Shown here in pieces: positions 21,086 through 31,464 of a stretch of DNA of 64,000 nt (position 1 is the stretch's first letter; every line of letters begins with the position of its first letter). The DNA comes from an uncultured Methanoregulaceae archaeon. Its GTDB lineage: Archaea; Halobacteriota; Methanomicrobia; Methanomicrobiales; Methanospirillaceae. Position numbers and translations under genes: made by a program. Under the pieces are notes generated by a model, which saw only the letters and a program-made list of their open reading frames with translations, was not told where the DNA came from and searched no databases. Where the stretch lies: positions 160,001 to 224,000 of the forward strand of contig CAWJAX010000005.1 in the NCBI GenBank assembly GCA_963841015.1. The letters run 5' to 3'.

Positions 21086-23056
21086 TTAATCCTCCGTAAA
21101 TCTTCTATTAAATCCAAACGGATTGTACTTTTTGCCTCCACCTTTGTAGAATTTGGTGAAGAATTCAACATAATGCAACCTAACTGAATGCAGACCGCTC
21201 CCGAGAATACCAAGTGCCAGGTTCAGCGCCTGACCTATCACAAAGACGGCAACACCCAATATAATAAAGAGCACTCCTGTAATCGTAATGTTTTCCAGCT
21301 GCGGTTCTATAAGCATCCCAATCGAGATGTAGTTCACCACCATGGCTATTGCCACGGAAGAAAGTCCCACGGCGACAATACGAGAGTACGAGAGCACGTG
21401 ACTGATAATCGTTGGAAGTTCAACAAGCTCAAGCCCGGAATCCCGTGCGATGAACAATACACCGGTAACCAGCATCACAGCACCAATGATTGCTGCAATG
21501 TTCAGATTCATAATAACCGGTGGAAATTTGGTTAAGTCAGGCATATATGGCATCTGAACAATCGACCAGATCATCACAAGGATACCCCACATAACTAAGA
21601 GCCATCCAAAATTTGCCATTACCGCTTTTGTCCGGTGATCCCCATGATCCTGGCGTGCATGGTTGATCATCCCAAAAACACGCCCAAGAGTGATGTGCAG
21701 GAGACCAATCCAGATCGCGAGAATCATAAGTTCAGGAATTTGCGGACCATGTCCTGTTGCATGGGCACCGATATTCAAGTGCCGGCTGAAAATGATGGGT
21801 CTCCACGGGAGAGGAAATCCCAGAAATTCAGCAAAGAGCAACCCAAAGATGATACTTGAGATACTCGCATTCCTGAGTACAACAAGCAGTTGAGTACCCT
21901 CTTCCCCTTTAAGGTACTTCCGAAGCACCAGACTCATCGCAAGAAGTATCAACCCATATCCCACATCTCCCAGAATCAGCCCGAAAAAGAGGGGAAACAC
22001 AATAGAGAGTGTGAGCGTTGGATCGAGTTCTGTGTATTTCGGTCGGGAGTATACGTCCATGAGCATCTGTGTTGGTTTTGCAAACGACGGGTTATGATAC
22101 TCAACGGGCACTGAATCGTGTTCTGGATCCTTGGGAAGCACGGTGAAAAAGATTTTCCCACCTGTCGCATTTTCAAGTGCCGGGCGTATTGTTTCAACAC
22201 TCACCGAGGGTACCCAGCCTTCTGCAACGAACGTCTCATTGGTCGTTGCAAACCGCAAAGGTGCCTCGGTTTTTTCTACCTGGACTTTTAAAATTTCCTC
22301 ACAGGCAACCAGAAACCCGGCATGTTTTTCTTTTATTCCATCCAGTTTCCGGTTAATCTCAACAGTCTCCTTTTTGAGGAGTACGATTTGTTCGTTGTAG
22401 AAATTTATACGACCCTGAGGATCGCCTGACTCCTCAGGAATGGGGACTGCCTGGTATCCCGCTTCCTGCAATACACCTTCGACAACACTCCTTTGTCCGA
22501 CCGGCACTATCACTACTATGAAATGTTTGCCTTTCCCTTTCGAAAAAAACATTTCATGAGGACCGGGGACGGATACCTCTTTTGCGACATATCCGGCTAA
22601 AACGACAAAGTTCGAATAACCGCGGTAAAGATCGAGATCGCCGGGAATTCCTACAAAGGGAGAGATCTCGGCAATCTTTTGTTCGTACTCTTTAACTTTT
22701 GTATCAAGCTTCGAACGTTTGCCCGTGAGCTCTTCAACCTCCTGCTCAATTGCAGGGAGTTCGCGTTCAATCAGACCCTGAAGTGCTGACTGATTTTGTC
22801 GCTCCTTCACCTCAAAATCATCGCTGCGGATTGAAAATGCATTCTGAATCGTACGTATCTTTACAAGATCACCGGATGCTTCACTAGCTCCCGATAGGGG
22901 TGTGCCGATTTTAAAGCCTTCATAGCCTTGTGCTCCCGCTTCAACAAAGTCCTCAATATGAAACAGGCGATGACGATACAATTCCGAAATAACCGGAGCC
23001 ATCTGATCTTTTGAAGCGACAATGAGCAACCTGCTCATCTGCTCAGGCTTTAACAT
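21086..23056 (-). CDS. atpI: A1Ao ATP synthase subunit I
   Basis: FFGLILGDVGYG, SHVLSYSRI, LHSVRLHYVEFFTKFY. Confidence 0.96.
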   Translation of the reverse strand: MLKPEQMSRLLIVASKDQMAPVISELYRHRLFHIEDFVEAGAQGYEGFKIGTPLSGASEASGDLVKIRTIQNAFSIRSDDFEVKERQNQSALQGLIERELPAIEQEVEELTGKRSKLDTKVKEYEQKIAEISPFVGIPGDLDLYRGYSNFVVLAGYVAKEVSVPGPHEMFFSKGKGKHFIVVIVPVGQRSVVEGVLQEAGYQAVPIPEESGDPQGRINFYNEQIVLLKKETVEINRKLDGIKEKHAGFLVACEEILKVQVEKTEAPLRFATTNETFVAEGWVPSVSVETIRPALENATGGKIFFTVLPKDPEHDSVPVEYHNPSFAKPTQMLMDVYSRPKYTELDPTLTLSIVFPLFFGLILGDVGYGLILLAMSLVLRKYLKGEEGTQLLVVLRNASISSIIFGLLFAEFLGFPLPWRPIIFSRHLNIGAHATGHGPQIPELMILAIWIGLLHITLGRVFGMINHARQDHGDHRTKAVMANFGWLLVMWGILVMIWSIVQMPYMPDLTKFPPVIMNLNIAAIIGAVMLVTGVLFIARDSGLELVELPTIISHVLSYSRIVAVGLSSVAIAMVVNYISIGMLIEPQLENITITGVLFIILGVAVFVIGQALNLALGILGSGLHSVRLHYVEFFTKFYKGGGKKYNPFGFNRRFTED

Positions 23057-23372
23057 GCAGCTGCTCCTTAAACCGCAAAATCAGCAGCTGCACTGCTTTT
23101 GGAAGGTTTTTTGAACCTTTTTCACGGATTGCTGCTGCCCGCTGATTGCCACTTTTTATGATTTCGGCGTGCTTGAGTGCCGCCTGGTGCCGTGCTTCTT
23201 CCAGTTTCAGCTTCTTGTATTGTTCAGCATTGCTCTGCGCTTTTATAATCAGATTATCAGACTCCAGCTCAACCTGAGAATGCCTGTGTTTTTTCTCTTC
23301 ATGGGCTGCCCTGATTGTTTTTTGGTAATCCTCTTCAGTTTTTTTAATGTCTCGTAGGACCTCAGTCTTCAT
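23043..23372 (-). CDS. atpH: A1Ao ATP synthase subunit H
   Basis: Charged helical 109-aa ORF at the head of the operon, overlapping atpI. Confidence 0.85.
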   Translation of the reverse strand: MKTEVLRDIKKTEEDYQKTIRAAHEEKKHRHSQVELESDNLIIKAQSNAEQYKKLKLEEARHQAALKHAEIIKSGNQRAAAIREKGSKNLPKAVQLLILRFKEQLHVKA

Positions 23373-23483
23373 CCAACCCTCCTCTCACGGCAATACAATA
23401 ATTGGTGAAAAAAACAATATATGTATTGTTATTTACGCTCAAACGATTGTCCCTTACAGATGAATTTTTTTAAAATGGAGGTC

Positions 23484-23957
23484 TCAGAATAAATCCGTTT
23501 TTATCTCGTATTTTATATTTCTGGGCATTATGCCCTCTGGCAGAGGCGATATATTGACACCCTGTTCGCTTCTTTTAAGAGTAATACCTGCAAGCTCATC
23601 ACTTGAACAGATAAGGTGCTGTTCCGGGTGTGTCCCTCTCTGAATCGAGCAGCTGGTAAAAATTTCAGGCCCTACGGATACAACATAGGAAATCCGTCGT
23701 GACCCGGGATGATCTTTGGGTAATACCAATAATGGCACATGGTAGGTCCTCACAAGGTCAATGAGCATCATCGCTGGTTCAACAGCCCCGTCTTCAGGAG
23801 CGGAGACCACAATAAGGTCACCAGCATCAACACCCTGGCAATATTCATCGTGGGAGGTTTCAATGCAGAGACCAAATCTGTTCTTTACCAATGCAATGAG
23901 TAAAAAGGATTTCTTCCCTCTGATAAGCAGCAGCTCATCATCGAGGGAGAAAATCAT
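23484..23957 (-). CDS. Conserved hypothetical protein
   Basis: 157-aa ORF with HPGS and RGTHPEQHLIC motifs; ATGA overlap with the upstream small ORF. Confidence 0.7.
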   Translation of the reverse strand: MIFSLDDELLLIRGKKSFLLIALVKNRFGLCIETSHDEYCQGVDAGDLIVVSAPEDGAVEPAMMLIDLVRTYHVPLLVLPKDHPGSRRISYVVSVGPEIFTSCSIQRGTHPEQHLICSSDELAGITLKRSEQGVNISPLPEGIMPRNIKYEIKTDLF

Positions 23958-24109
23958 GCCTTAGCCACATCTTCTGACTGGCAGCTGGGACACATTGGTT
24001 TTTTACCGATACCTTTGAACCGCTCACCACATTCATTGCAGCGGTAATCCTTCCCTTGAACCCGATCCGGGGGGAGATCAATATCTACAGGTCCTCCAAC
24101 AGTACACAT
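23954..24109 (-). CDS. Small zinc-ribbon protein, 51 aa (not in the ORF track)
   Basis: MCTVGGPVDIDLPPDRVQGKDYRCNECGERFKGIGKKPMCPSCQSEDVAKA; GAGGTGA RBS; stop overlaps the next ATG. Confidence 0.8.
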   Translation of the reverse strand: MCTVGGPVDIDLPPDRVQGKDYRCNECGERFKGIGKKPMCPSCQSEDVAKA

Positions 24110-24304
24110 ATTCCGGTCACCTCACTACGAAGTCTGTGCGACATTATTTAATTCTATCTCATGAACACTTTCCTTTTTCACCTGTTGCTCTTCTTCCCCG
24201 CTCCAAAAAACCGGCACGATGAAAACATCCCACTACCCCAATTGAGAAATCCAATTAAAACGGAAAGGAATCCTAGTTCAGATGCTAAAAAATGGTAGCT
24301 GTTT

Positions 24305-24568
24305 TTAGATCGTTATCCCAAGAATATCAAGGAAAACAAGGATACAGACACCGGGAAGCCCGCCCACTGCGCAGATAATGATTGTTGCAAGGCTGTAGCC
24401 AAGATCGGGTTTGCCGATCCATTGCATGACATGGAAATAATTGAGGAGAACCAGTACAGTCAGTCCTAAAATTGCATTTATGACAAGGACCATCAGATTT
24501 TTTACAAGATAGTAAACGATTGCGATAGTAGCTACGACGAGAAGTATCGTAATAAGCATGTCACTCAT
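24305..24568 (-). CDS. BofA-like small membrane protein (pro-sigmaK processing inhibitor family)
   Basis: NAILGL..L.LLN and GGLPGV motifs, 3 TM segments. Confidence 0.75.
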   Translation of the reverse strand: MSDMLITILLVVATIAIVYYLVKNLMVLVINAILGLTVLVLLNYFHVMQWIGKPDLGYSLATIIICAVGGLPGVCILVFLDILGITI

Positions 24569-24585
24569 GATTTTTTCTCTTTTGT

Positions 24586-25872
24586 CTATTTCCCAATGAT
24601 ATGCTGCCTGTTTATTTTTACCGATGGAAGTATCATTGAACCGATCGCCCGGGATTCCTTGCTTAGTCCGGAGATATGCTGATGCAGATCGAACACATTT
24701 CCCGACAGCATTGCACTCCGGACAGGAGTGTCAAACTCTCCTCCCTCCATCCAGAATGCATTGGAAAGTTCAACAGAAAATTCACCGCTCATCGGGTTTG
24801 CCGTATGGGCACCGACAATATTGTGCACATAAACAACGCGATCATCAGCAACCTCATTGCGTTTCCCGTCGACCACAAAATTATGATGGCCTATTGAGGG
24901 TAAACCACCAAATCCACCCCGTTTTGCACTCGCGGTACTCTTTTTACCGAACCGGTATGCAGTTTTTAGATCATAGGCAAAGGTTTCCAGAATTCCCTCT
25001 CTGATAAAATCAACCCGTCGTGTCGGTGTGCCCTCGGCATCCCACCGCACACTCCCGTTTGCCCTTCCCAGAAGCGGATCATCATACATGGTGATCATCG
25101 GATCTGCGACGATTTTACCAAGAGATTGTGCAAGCCTGGATCGCCCTGCATGCACATTTCGTCCACTCAGCGCAGGTACAAATACATTCCCCAGAAGTTC
25201 CCCATAGGCAAGAGGTGAGAGGAGGATATCATACTCTCCTGTCGCGATTTCTTTCCCATTATCCGATTCCGCAGCAAAGAATGTCGCCCGCTCTCCTACA
25301 GAGATCGGATCGATCTTGTCAAAGAAGCTGGAATGATCAAACTCGTAGCCGGTAGATTGTCCGCGAATCGCTTCCAATGAAACAGAAACGCCGGTGTGTT
25401 TGTCGATATACCGGACATCCCTGCTGTTTGCAAGTGTCACCTGGGAAGAAGAAACTGACGCTGAACCGGAGGCTACTTCTGCCGGGTGTTCTGCTGCTCC
25501 CTCAAGCATCTTCTCAATCAGCTCGATAACAACTGCAGGTTTTACCAGGACCGAGTCATCAAACGAAAGCGGGACCTTCGAAAGCGGGGCCGGTTCCGGT
25601 AGTCCCTTCCACTCCTGCGGGGTCGCAAGTTTTCCACTGGCAATTGCAGCGTTCAGGCACTCCCTCCATTGGCTGACATCGTTTGTACTTGAGGATCCTA
25701 TTCTTCCTTTATGAATGGTCCGGATGCCAAGACCACAATCTTCTGTTGTTGTGGCAAGGTCCACCTTCTTTTGTTTCAGGTTAGCAGAGACTGAGGTTCC
25801 CGTAACGTAAAAGATTTCGACTTCATCGACGATTTTTTCCGCTTCGTGTATCAGTTGATCAATCCACACCAC
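24586..25872 (-). CDS. pmbA: TldE/PmbA family protein
   Basis: GLGIR, DAEG, GAHTANPMSGEFSV; no HExxH; downstream of tldD. Confidence 0.9.
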   Translation of the reverse strand: MVWIDQLIHEAEKIVDEVEIFYVTGTSVSANLKQKKVDLATTTEDCGLGIRTIHKGRIGSSSTNDVSQWRECLNAAIASGKLATPQEWKGLPEPAPLSKVPLSFDDSVLVKPAVVIELIEKMLEGAAEHPAEVASGSASVSSSQVTLANSRDVRYIDKHTGVSVSLEAIRGQSTGYEFDHSSFFDKIDPISVGERATFFAAESDNGKEIATGEYDILLSPLAYGELLGNVFVPALSGRNVHAGRSRLAQSLGKIVADPMITMYDDPLLGRANGSVRWDAEGTPTRRVDFIREGILETFAYDLKTAYRFGKKSTASAKRGGFGGLPSIGHHNFVVDGKRNEVADDRVVYVHNIVGAHTANPMSGEFSVELSNAFWMEGGEFDTPVRSAMLSGNVFDLHQHISGLSKESRAIGSMILPSVKINRQHIIGK

Positions 25873-27190
25873 TGCCACCAACCACCGCATCACTTAAGAG
25901 AATATGGGGTGCTCCGTCGCTCACCGGAACACTCTGACCTCCCTTCCCGCAATATCCCGGACTCATGGTACGATTATTACCGCAGAGGGTGATCCCGTGG
26001 AGTGTTAAAAGAATTTCACCGGATAAAGAGACATCCCTCACCATTGTTGTACATTCCCCTTTTTCAATCAGGTAGCCATACTCCGCATTAAACTGGAATA
26101 TCCCCCGCCCGGGATCAACCTGACCTCCACGGGATCCTTTAAGAAAAATTCCATCCCGGCATTCTTCAAAGATCTCATGGTCCGTCGCATCTCCGGCTTC
26201 AATGAAAGTATTGCTCATCCTGACCAGCGGGGGTTCGCCCGGCATTGCACGGGCATGACCGGCCACACCATTCCCCACAGAAGAGAGCGTTTCAAGGTTG
26301 TGAAGAAATGCGTGGATGACGCCTTTTTTTATTATTTCTGTCCTGCACACTGCTACACCTTCGGCATCGACCGGATCAAAACCGAATTCGTGAATGCCGG
26401 GGTCATCAATAATGGTCAGGTTTTCATTCCCGATCTTCTGTCCGGTTTTTCCTTTCAGAACTGAGTTACCTTCCTTGATCAGGTCACCTTCACTTGCATG
26501 ACCAACTGCTTCATGGGCAAAAACACCCGCTAATTCCGGATCAAGTACCGCTCGCATCTTCCCGGATTTTGCTACCCCGGCATCAAGAAGAGCTACAGCA
26601 ATTTCAGCAGCCTTTTTACCTTGGGACTGCTGATGCCGGAGGTTGAATCCATGAATCGAATGCTCACGCTCGTATCCCATCTGGACATTCCCGTTCCGTG
26701 ATGCAACTGCCAGAACATTAAAGCCGGAACGGCACATTTCATAAGAATATTCATTTTCAGAACTATCAGTAAACCGGACATGTTCGATTTTTTCTATGAA
26801 ATTTGCCCTCCTGTTCACAACCAGGGGGTGTTTTGCAGCTGTTTCTATTCCGGAAAGGATCGATGATTTCTCCTCGATGCTTACATTACGGGGATCTTCT
26901 TTCATGGGCGGTACTGAGAGCATCCCGCGGGGGGCATCACCAAGGATAACATTTTCCTGGGTTATCCGGGCAAGTCTGCACGCGGACTCGAGAATCGCGT
27001 CAAATTTTTTGCCGGTACAGGGAGTATAATTATCAATCTGGAGGACTCCCCAGCCCGTTCCGCTCAGCACCCTGATCACTGCTTTATTGAAAAAAGATGA
27101 TCCTGCTGATTCCACGACACCGTTATCGATATCAATGTGGGTTACCTGCCCGGTTACATGCCGCAGATCATAATATTGTATGCCGGGCAT
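25859..27190 (-). CDS. tldD: TldD family metalloprotease
   Basis: HEAVGHASE, RMSNT, CGKGGQSVPV. Confidence 0.93.
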   Translation of the reverse strand: MPGIQYYDLRHVTGQVTHIDIDNGVVESAGSSFFNKAVIRVLSGTGWGVLQIDNYTPCTGKKFDAILESACRLARITQENVILGDAPRGMLSVPPMKEDPRNVSIEEKSSILSGIETAAKHPLVVNRRANFIEKIEHVRFTDSSENEYSYEMCRSGFNVLAVASRNGNVQMGYEREHSIHGFNLRHQQSQGKKAAEIAVALLDAGVAKSGKMRAVLDPELAGVFAHEAVGHASEGDLIKEGNSVLKGKTGQKIGNENLTIIDDPGIHEFGFDPVDAEGVAVCRTEIIKKGVIHAFLHNLETLSSVGNGVAGHARAMPGEPPLVRMSNTFIEAGDATDHEIFEECRDGIFLKGSRGGQVDPGRGIFQFNAEYGYLIEKGECTTMVRDVSLSGEILLTLHGITLCGNNRTMSPGYCGKGGQSVPVSDGAPHILLSDAVVGGSGVD

Positions 27191-27195
27191 CGCAT

Positions 27196-29169
27196 TCAGG
27201 CCATTGTCTGGTTAATTGCAGGGAGTTCGGGAATTATTGCTGTTGACCTCATTGCCATCTTTTTAAGTTTGGTGAGGAATCCGGTCGCGTTTTCCGGGAC
27301 CAGCGCAAACTTGAGGACATCATCAATGGTGTCCATAGGAAGGATCGTGACAACTGATTTATATCGTTCTTCAATCAACACATCCCCAACATTCATCCGT
27401 GGAATAAGCACTGTTTTGATACCCGCTTTTGCGGCGGCTTCAATTTTATAAGTCACTCCGCCCACCGGAAGTACATCTCCCCGGACAGACAGGGAGCCGG
27501 TCATAGCAATATCCTGCCGTATCGGAATTCCCTCAATTGCGCTGATTACCGCAGTTGCAATGCTGATCGAGGCAGAATCTCCTTCTGCACCATAGGTACC
27601 AATAAACTGGATGTGGACATCCATGTTTTTGATATCTTTTCCGGTGAATTTTTTGATTAATGCACTGACATTTTTGATGGATTGCTGTGCAATTGATTCT
27701 TCATCTTTCAGCCAAGGCTCCTGTCGCTTTCCGGAAACACCGGTAGCAATGATCTGGCCGCTCTCTCCTTGTGCCGGGGTTACCTCTGCCATTATCGGAA
27801 GGACTGATCCGGCGTCATTTCCTGTCACCGCAAGCCCGTTCACCCGTCCAATGCGGGTACCTTCAACAATAGTCATCTCATATTCCCTGAGATGCTGGGT
27901 AATTTCATCGGAAACCTGATCCTCAATCGATCGTGCCGTGCTCTTTGCCGTTATTACGTGGACGGATGTCGTCAGGATAGCATTTTCCTGCCGTGCGATA
28001 TCACCCGCAACACGGATCAGTCCCCCCATGTCCCGCAGTTTTAACGTCAGGTGCCCCTTCCGGTTTGAGCGTCGTTTTGCTTCACGGAGGATTTCATCAA
28101 TCGCACTTTGATCAAAATGGGGGATTTTTCCGTCATTTTTCACTTCCTGGGCAATAAAGCGAATATATTTGCGGCGATTGTCCTCATTATCCTCCATACT
28201 CTCCGCCATATACACTTCATACCCATACCCGCGAATACGAGAGCGTAGTGCCGGGTGCATACCCTTGATTGCATCAAGATTTCCTGCAGCAACCATCACA
28301 AATTTGCAGGGTACTGGTTCAGTGCGGACCATTGCACCACTCGACCGTTCACTCTGCCCGGTGATAGGGAACTCTCCTTCCTGGAGCGCTGTGAGCAGGT
28401 TCTGCTGGGAGTGTGGGTCCAGCGTGTTGATTTCATCAATGAAGAGTACACCGCCATGTGCCCTGTGGATAGCCCCAACTTCAACCCGGTCGTGCGCCGG
28501 GGTTTCAAGTCCTCCACTCTGGAAGGGATCGTGCCGTACGTCACCAAGAAGGGCACCGGCGTGAGATCCGGTCCCGTCGACGAAGGGTGCAATATTTTTG
28601 GTATCATTGGTAACGAGGAGTTTTGGCACCATCGCCTCCTCCCGGGGAGTAGTGTACCGCAATGCCATGAAAACAAATGCGGCGGCAATGATTCCCATCA
28701 GCCACTGGTAAGTAATAAAGGAATAACCAATAATTCCAATAAGAAGGAGCATAAGCAGGGTGTTGCGGAACTGGATTTTTTTCTTTGCTTCTGCTTTATG
28801 AGCGGCAACAATCTGCTTGCCCCTACCCCCGGCAACAGTCCTGATCACCGGGTTATTGGCATCATCGGAATTAGGGTAGGCAAGAATATCCTGAAGGTCT
28901 TCTTTAGGTAATATTTCGGCCATTGCCTTGCCAAGCATTGACTTTCCCGTTCCCGGGCTTCCGATCATCATAACATGCCGTCGCTGGATTGCTGCCTTTT
29001 TAATGACCTCAACAGCATGTTCCTGGCCGATTACCTGATCAATCAGCTTCTCAGGTACATCGATCTGGGAGGATGTTGCTATTTCACTTTCAGTGTGCGC
29101 AGCCTCAGGTGTTGTAACCGGGGGTTGTACTGCCACGTTCTGCGGTGAAGATTGTTCAGAAATTTCCAT
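27196..29169 (-). CDS. lonB: Membrane-anchored ATP-dependent protease LonB
   Basis: GSPGTGKS, two TM helices, IDEI, EGDSAS catalytic Ser, GGVTYKI. Confidence 0.95.
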   Translation of the reverse strand: MEISEQSSPQNVAVQPPVTTPEAAHTESEIATSSQIDVPEKLIDQVIGQEHAVEVIKKAAIQRRHVMMIGSPGTGKSMLGKAMAEILPKEDLQDILAYPNSDDANNPVIRTVAGGRGKQIVAAHKAEAKKKIQFRNTLLMLLLIGIIGYSFITYQWLMGIIAAAFVFMALRYTTPREEAMVPKLLVTNDTKNIAPFVDGTGSHAGALLGDVRHDPFQSGGLETPAHDRVEVGAIHRAHGGVLFIDEINTLDPHSQQNLLTALQEGEFPITGQSERSSGAMVRTEPVPCKFVMVAAGNLDAIKGMHPALRSRIRGYGYEVYMAESMEDNEDNRRKYIRFIAQEVKNDGKIPHFDQSAIDEILREAKRRSNRKGHLTLKLRDMGGLIRVAGDIARQENAILTTSVHVITAKSTARSIEDQVSDEITQHLREYEMTIVEGTRIGRVNGLAVTGNDAGSVLPIMAEVTPAQGESGQIIATGVSGKRQEPWLKDEESIAQQSIKNVSALIKKFTGKDIKNMDVHIQFIGTYGAEGDSASISIATAVISAIEGIPIRQDIAMTGSLSVRGDVLPVGGVTYKIEAAAKAGIKTVLIPRMNVGDVLIEERYKSVVTILPMDTIDDVLKFALVPENATGFLTKLKKMAMRSTAIIPELPAINQTMA

Positions 29170-29393
29170 TGTGGAATATACCTCTTTATCACTAAGGTTT
29201 TCATATCAATTGTTGCATGATAGTTTAAGTACTTTCAGCTGATTGCATCGGACGGTGTCTTTGAGAATCTCATACACGAAAAATACATGAAAAAAATGTG
29301 TAAAAACCAATGCGCATAAACTACAAGAGCACTTATTGTATAATAAATCCAAAAAGAAAGAAACTCCGCCACCAAGGGGTTAGGATAGATACA

Positions 29394-30242
29394 ATGAAAG
29401 TAATCTGTACTGAAAAATCCCAAATACTTGCTACAAGCCTTGCCAGGGCACTGAAGACCTCAGTTGTTGAAGTAAAATATTCCCGTTTTCCTGATGGGGA
29501 GCAGTACCTGATTACCGGCGAACTGGATGATGAGACTATTATTGTCGGAAGTGTGGTGGATAATGACTCACTCGTCCAGTTAGTCCTGTTGATGGATGCC
29601 TGCGACAGCTCTGATAACCACCTTGTTTTACCCTATATGGGATATGCCCGACAGGACAAGCGGTTTTTGCCAGGAGAACCTGTCAGTGCACGAGCCGTTG
29701 CACAGGTGCTCAGCAGAGGGATTTTGGAAATTATTACCGTCAATATCCATGAACAGGAAGTGCTGAAATATTTTGGAGTGCCGGCAAGAAATATCTCCCT
29801 TGCCCAGGACATCGGTTCCTATATAAAATCCTTAAATCTCAGCAACCCCCTGATCCTCGCTCCTGATGAGGGTGCCCTCACCTTCGCAGAACACGTTGCA
29901 TCTGCAGGTGGATGGGATGTTGATCATCTCGAGAAGACCCGACTCAGCGGTGTTGAGGTGAAGATGGCCCCTAAGCAGGTATGTGCTGCATCGAGATCGG
30001 TCGTAATAGTCGATGATATCATTTCAACCGGCGGGACAATTGCAACCGCTTCGGGTATGCTCTACCAACAGGGGGCTAAAGATGTTTTCGCTGCTTGTGT
30101 TCATGGGGTACTTACCGGAGGTGCATATGTCCACCTTATGGCCGCAGGAATCCGCGATGTTGTCTGCAGTGATACCATTGAACGCGGGTGCAGTAAAATT
30201 TCAGCTGCAGACCGGATTGCTCAAACGCTAAAAAAAAGCTGA
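29394..30242 (+). CDS. prs: Ribose-phosphate pyrophosphokinase
   Basis: FPDGE, PYMGYARQDK, APDEGA, VDDIISTGGT. Confidence 0.95.
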   Translation: MKVICTEKSQILATSLARALKTSVVEVKYSRFPDGEQYLITGELDDETIIVGSVVDNDSLVQLVLLMDACDSSDNHLVLPYMGYARQDKRFLPGEPVSARAVAQVLSRGILEIITVNIHEQEVLKYFGVPARNISLAQDIGSYIKSLNLSNPLILAPDEGALTFAEHVASAGGWDVDHLEKTRLSGVEVKMAPKQVCAASRSVVIVDDIISTGGTIATASGMLYQQGAKDVFAACVHGVLTGGAYVHLMAAGIRDVVCSDTIERGCSKISAADRIAQTLKKS

Positions 30243-30297
30243 TTCCAGAGGCCCATAATAATGAATGATATACTGTAGCTTCTCACAGGTTTGCCCC

Positions 30298-30753
30298 ATG
30301 AAAGCCATTCTTGATTCGAGCATTTTTTTCTCAGATATCCCAATCACCGGAGACCTCTACACAACTCCTTCTGTTTGTGATGAGCTGGTTGATATTCGCT
30401 CAAAAGGGAATTTTGAGAAATTATCCGCAGAAGGTTTACAGGTCATTTCTCCGAGTGCAGGGAGCAGAGAGATAGTGACAACTGCAGCAAAAAAAACCAG
30501 AGACACGGGTGTAATTTCTGATACGGATTGTGACCTTCTTGCGCTTGCCCTCGATCTTGGTGCAGTTCTCCACACCGATGATTTTGCTATCCAGAATGTT
30601 GCAGGCGTGCTTGGGGTGCAGACCATTCCTATCAACCAGCGAAAGGCAAAACGCATTCATTGGAAATACCGGTGCAGTGGTTGTGGCAGGTATTTTGATC
30701 ATGATGGCGAATGTCTTATCTGTGGCTCGATAATTAAAAGAAAACTTAAATAG
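30298..30753 (+). CDS. nob1: Nob1-like PIN-domain endonuclease with Zn ribbon
   Basis: ILDSS, SDTD, TDDFAIQNVA, CSGC...CLICG. Confidence 0.88.
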   Translation: MKAILDSSIFFSDIPITGDLYTTPSVCDELVDIRSKGNFEKLSAEGLQVISPSAGSREIVTTAAKKTRDTGVISDTDCDLLALALDLGAVLHTDDFAIQNVAGVLGVQTIPINQRKAKRIHWKYRCSGCGRYFDHDGECLICGSIIKRKLK

Positions 30754-30774
30754 ATACCGGAGAATCTTTTTCCC

Positions 30775-31383
30775 ATGTCTTCCCTTGACGATCTGATTGG
30801 CAGGGCAAAACTGCTCCTCGCGGAGGGACATAGTCCAGGTCAGATTGCAGATGAACTCTCCCTTTCCATGGAAACTGTTACGTGGCTGCTTACGCAGGGG
30901 AAAGGGACGGCTGCTCCAAAAGATGTCCATATAGACTGGACAGCGGTCAGCAGCCAGGCGCCTTTGCTTGAAGAAACTGCGCTGATGCTCCTTCAGAGGT
31001 ATTATGGAAGCCAGTCTGATGAGAGCGTTTCATCACCAGCTGCGGAGGTGATTGTGGGTATTGCCCTTTCAGGGATCCCGCTTGCAACAATTATTGCTGT
31101 TCAGGAGGCAGCAAAACTTGCCATCTATCACCCGGCAAAACAGAACCAGAGCGAGCGACCGATGGGATCAATCAGCGGGAATTTTGCCGCTATAGGAGGG
31201 GAGCGTTGTATTATCGTTGACGATACCATAACCTCGGGTAACACCATGCGGGAAGTGGTGAAGTATTTGAAGAAACACAATGCGATCCCTGTTGCCATCT
31301 GGGTCATATTCGATAAGCGCGGTATCAAGGATATTGATGGTGTACCGGTCTATTCGCTCTTTAAAATATCCCGCATAGACTGA
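30775..31383 (+). CDS. Orotate phosphoribosyltransferase-like protein with N-terminal HTH (GfcR-like)
   Basis: [33 protein letters not shown]. Confidence 0.85.
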   Translation: MSSLDDLIGRAKLLLAEGHSPGQIADELSLSMETVTWLLTQGKGTAAPKDVHIDWTAVSSQAPLLEETALMLLQRYYGSQSDESVSSPAAEVIVGIALSGIPLATIIAVQEAAKLAIYHPAKQNQSERPMGSISGNFAAIGGERCIIVDDTITSGNTMREVVKYLKKHNAIPVAIWVIFDKRGIKDIDGVPVYSLFKISRID

Positions 31384-31464
31384 TCATTCCTTTTTTTTAT
31401 AGAGCCAAACACAGATTATATATAGAAGTTCAATTCCACCTTTTACATCATCGGAGGATCCATT

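Noticed and set aside
17091-29169. Inteins in atpA or lonB (common archaeal insertion sites)
   Set aside because: Both proteins are normal length with uninterrupted Walker motifs.
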